From positions 3,824,778 through 3,888,777 of the forward strand of contig NC_134030.1 in assembly GCF_964204645.1 (NCBI RefSeq): a DNA stretch of 64,000 nt, given 5' to 3'. Shown in pieces: positions 62,836 through 64,000 of the stretch. Source of the stretch: Tubulanus polymorphus (Eukaryota; Animalia; Nemertea). The notes under the pieces were generated by a model that was given only the letters and a program-made list of their open reading frames with translations, was not told where the DNA came from and ran no database searches. A program made the position numbers and the translations under genes. The stretch's first letter is position 1. Each line of letters opens with the position of its first letter.

Positions 62836-63344
62836 ATACTATTTAATTTGTGTGTATTTTATCTCAAAGTATCTTTAAACTATTTTATTTGTATGTATAT
62901 AAAAAAAATATTTCATTCGTGTATATTTTAAAACTATTTAATTTGTACATATTCTTTTAGAACAATGTTTTTTTTGTATTATAATACTAGCTAAAAGTTC
63001 AATTTGATGAAATATTTTATATTTGACTATCACTGTGTATATTCTAACCTCAGTGATTTCATGAATGGAATAACTGAAGGTCCAGGTTTTATCACTGAAT
63101 ACTCTTTGACACAATTACGTGGTCCACAACACAGATATAAATAGTGGTTATATAAAAGGCCCATGTTGTATATAATGCACGCATAAAGAGCTTTTACTCA
63201 TAGTTGATATAGGCTCAGTAAACATGACATGTGTTCGAGAACTTTTTCTCGTACTTTTTTTACCTTTTTTCTTGAGAATTTTTTTTTTCAATTTTCTATT
63301 TTACAACGGAAGATCTACTCATTTTTCGTAGATGTTTCACTATC

Positions 63345-63828
63345 ATGGAATGCGATAAATAATAAGAAACAGTCCGAGTGTATTTTTGATAGGATATTTT
63401 CAGCTTTCCGACGTATGAAATTGACGTAGGTTATTTAAGTCTAGGTTCAGAAAATCACTACTAGGTGGCATGTCAGATTATTACCGTAGTTCAATTACAT
63501 CAAATGAATATGATAACATAACCACTTGTAGTACGAACAGTAACAATAAACTTAATTTTCCTGCACAAGATACAGAAAGTAGTAAAAGTCCAATACTATT
63601 TCTGAATTAGAATTTCCTCTAGCCTAAATGCTAGCGGTCATGTTATCATTTTTATCCAACGTCGTCACGGCTTTTTCAAAACTCGTCTTTGATCGTAATG
63701 ATAATCTATAGTATTTTTGGAAATGATATAGATCAACACAAATTTGATGTCATCATAACAAAATATGTCGCTGAAAACATCGTATGAAAAATACACTCCG
63801 ATTGTTTTTTTTATTTATTTCGTTCCAT
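63345..63828. mobile_element. Old MITE-like element with ~60-bp diverged TIRs
   Basis: ATGGAATGCGATAAATAATAAGAAACAGTCCGAGTGTATTTTTGATAGGATATTTTCAGC versus reverse complement ATGGAACGAAATAAATAAAAAAAACAATCGGAGTGTATTTTTCATACGATGTTTTCAGC. Confidence 0.6.
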
Positions 63829-64000
63829 ACAAAACCGTACTCAGCTCCACAGTTTGATTCGGATACAAGACTTACAAGAATTTAGATACATAAAATTACA
63901 TAACTGTTGAACTGGGTTTTGTTAAGTTGTGAGCATGACGTTTATAATTCACTAGTGTGTTTGTTTTAAGTTAGCCTTATCTTAAATTAGTTAGATTTGG

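Noticed and set aside
61640-63160. Possible minus-strand gene (TATA ~63150, ORF 61661-61861)
   Set aside because: I could not build a stop-free spliced model or recognise a domain.

Overview
AT-rich, intron-containing animal genomic DNA, probably a lophotrochozoan invertebrate (inferred from gene content and repeats, not proven). All spliced models were assembled by hand from GT-AG sites and frame phase; homology calls are from recalled motifs, with no database search. Left to right: (1) a 5-exon ZDHHC23-like palmitoyltransferase (-); (2) a 21-exon M13/neprilysin-like metallopeptidase that appears to be secreted (-); (3) a divergent single-exon class A GPCR (+); (4) a tandem duplication carrying two small prepropeptide genes (signal peptide, acidic pro-region, RAKR, cationic Trp-rich peptide), the second of which has lost its TATA box and has two nested non-autonomous DNA transposons at its start site; (5) an intronless coiled-coil tail-anchored protein with a KASH-like C-terminus (-); (6) a cysteine-rich prohormone-3/ITG-precursor-like gene (-) whose short exons span 24-44.5 kb and are mostly missed by the ORF track; (7) a repeat-rich block from about 50 kb with a tRNA-like element, a TATA-driven spliced orphan gene, a decayed BEL/Pao retrotransposon, a CORE-SINE, a decayed Penelope-type GIY-YIG domain and several tandem repeats. 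The best novelty candidates are the duplicated cationic peptide precursors and their peptide-related neighbourhood.
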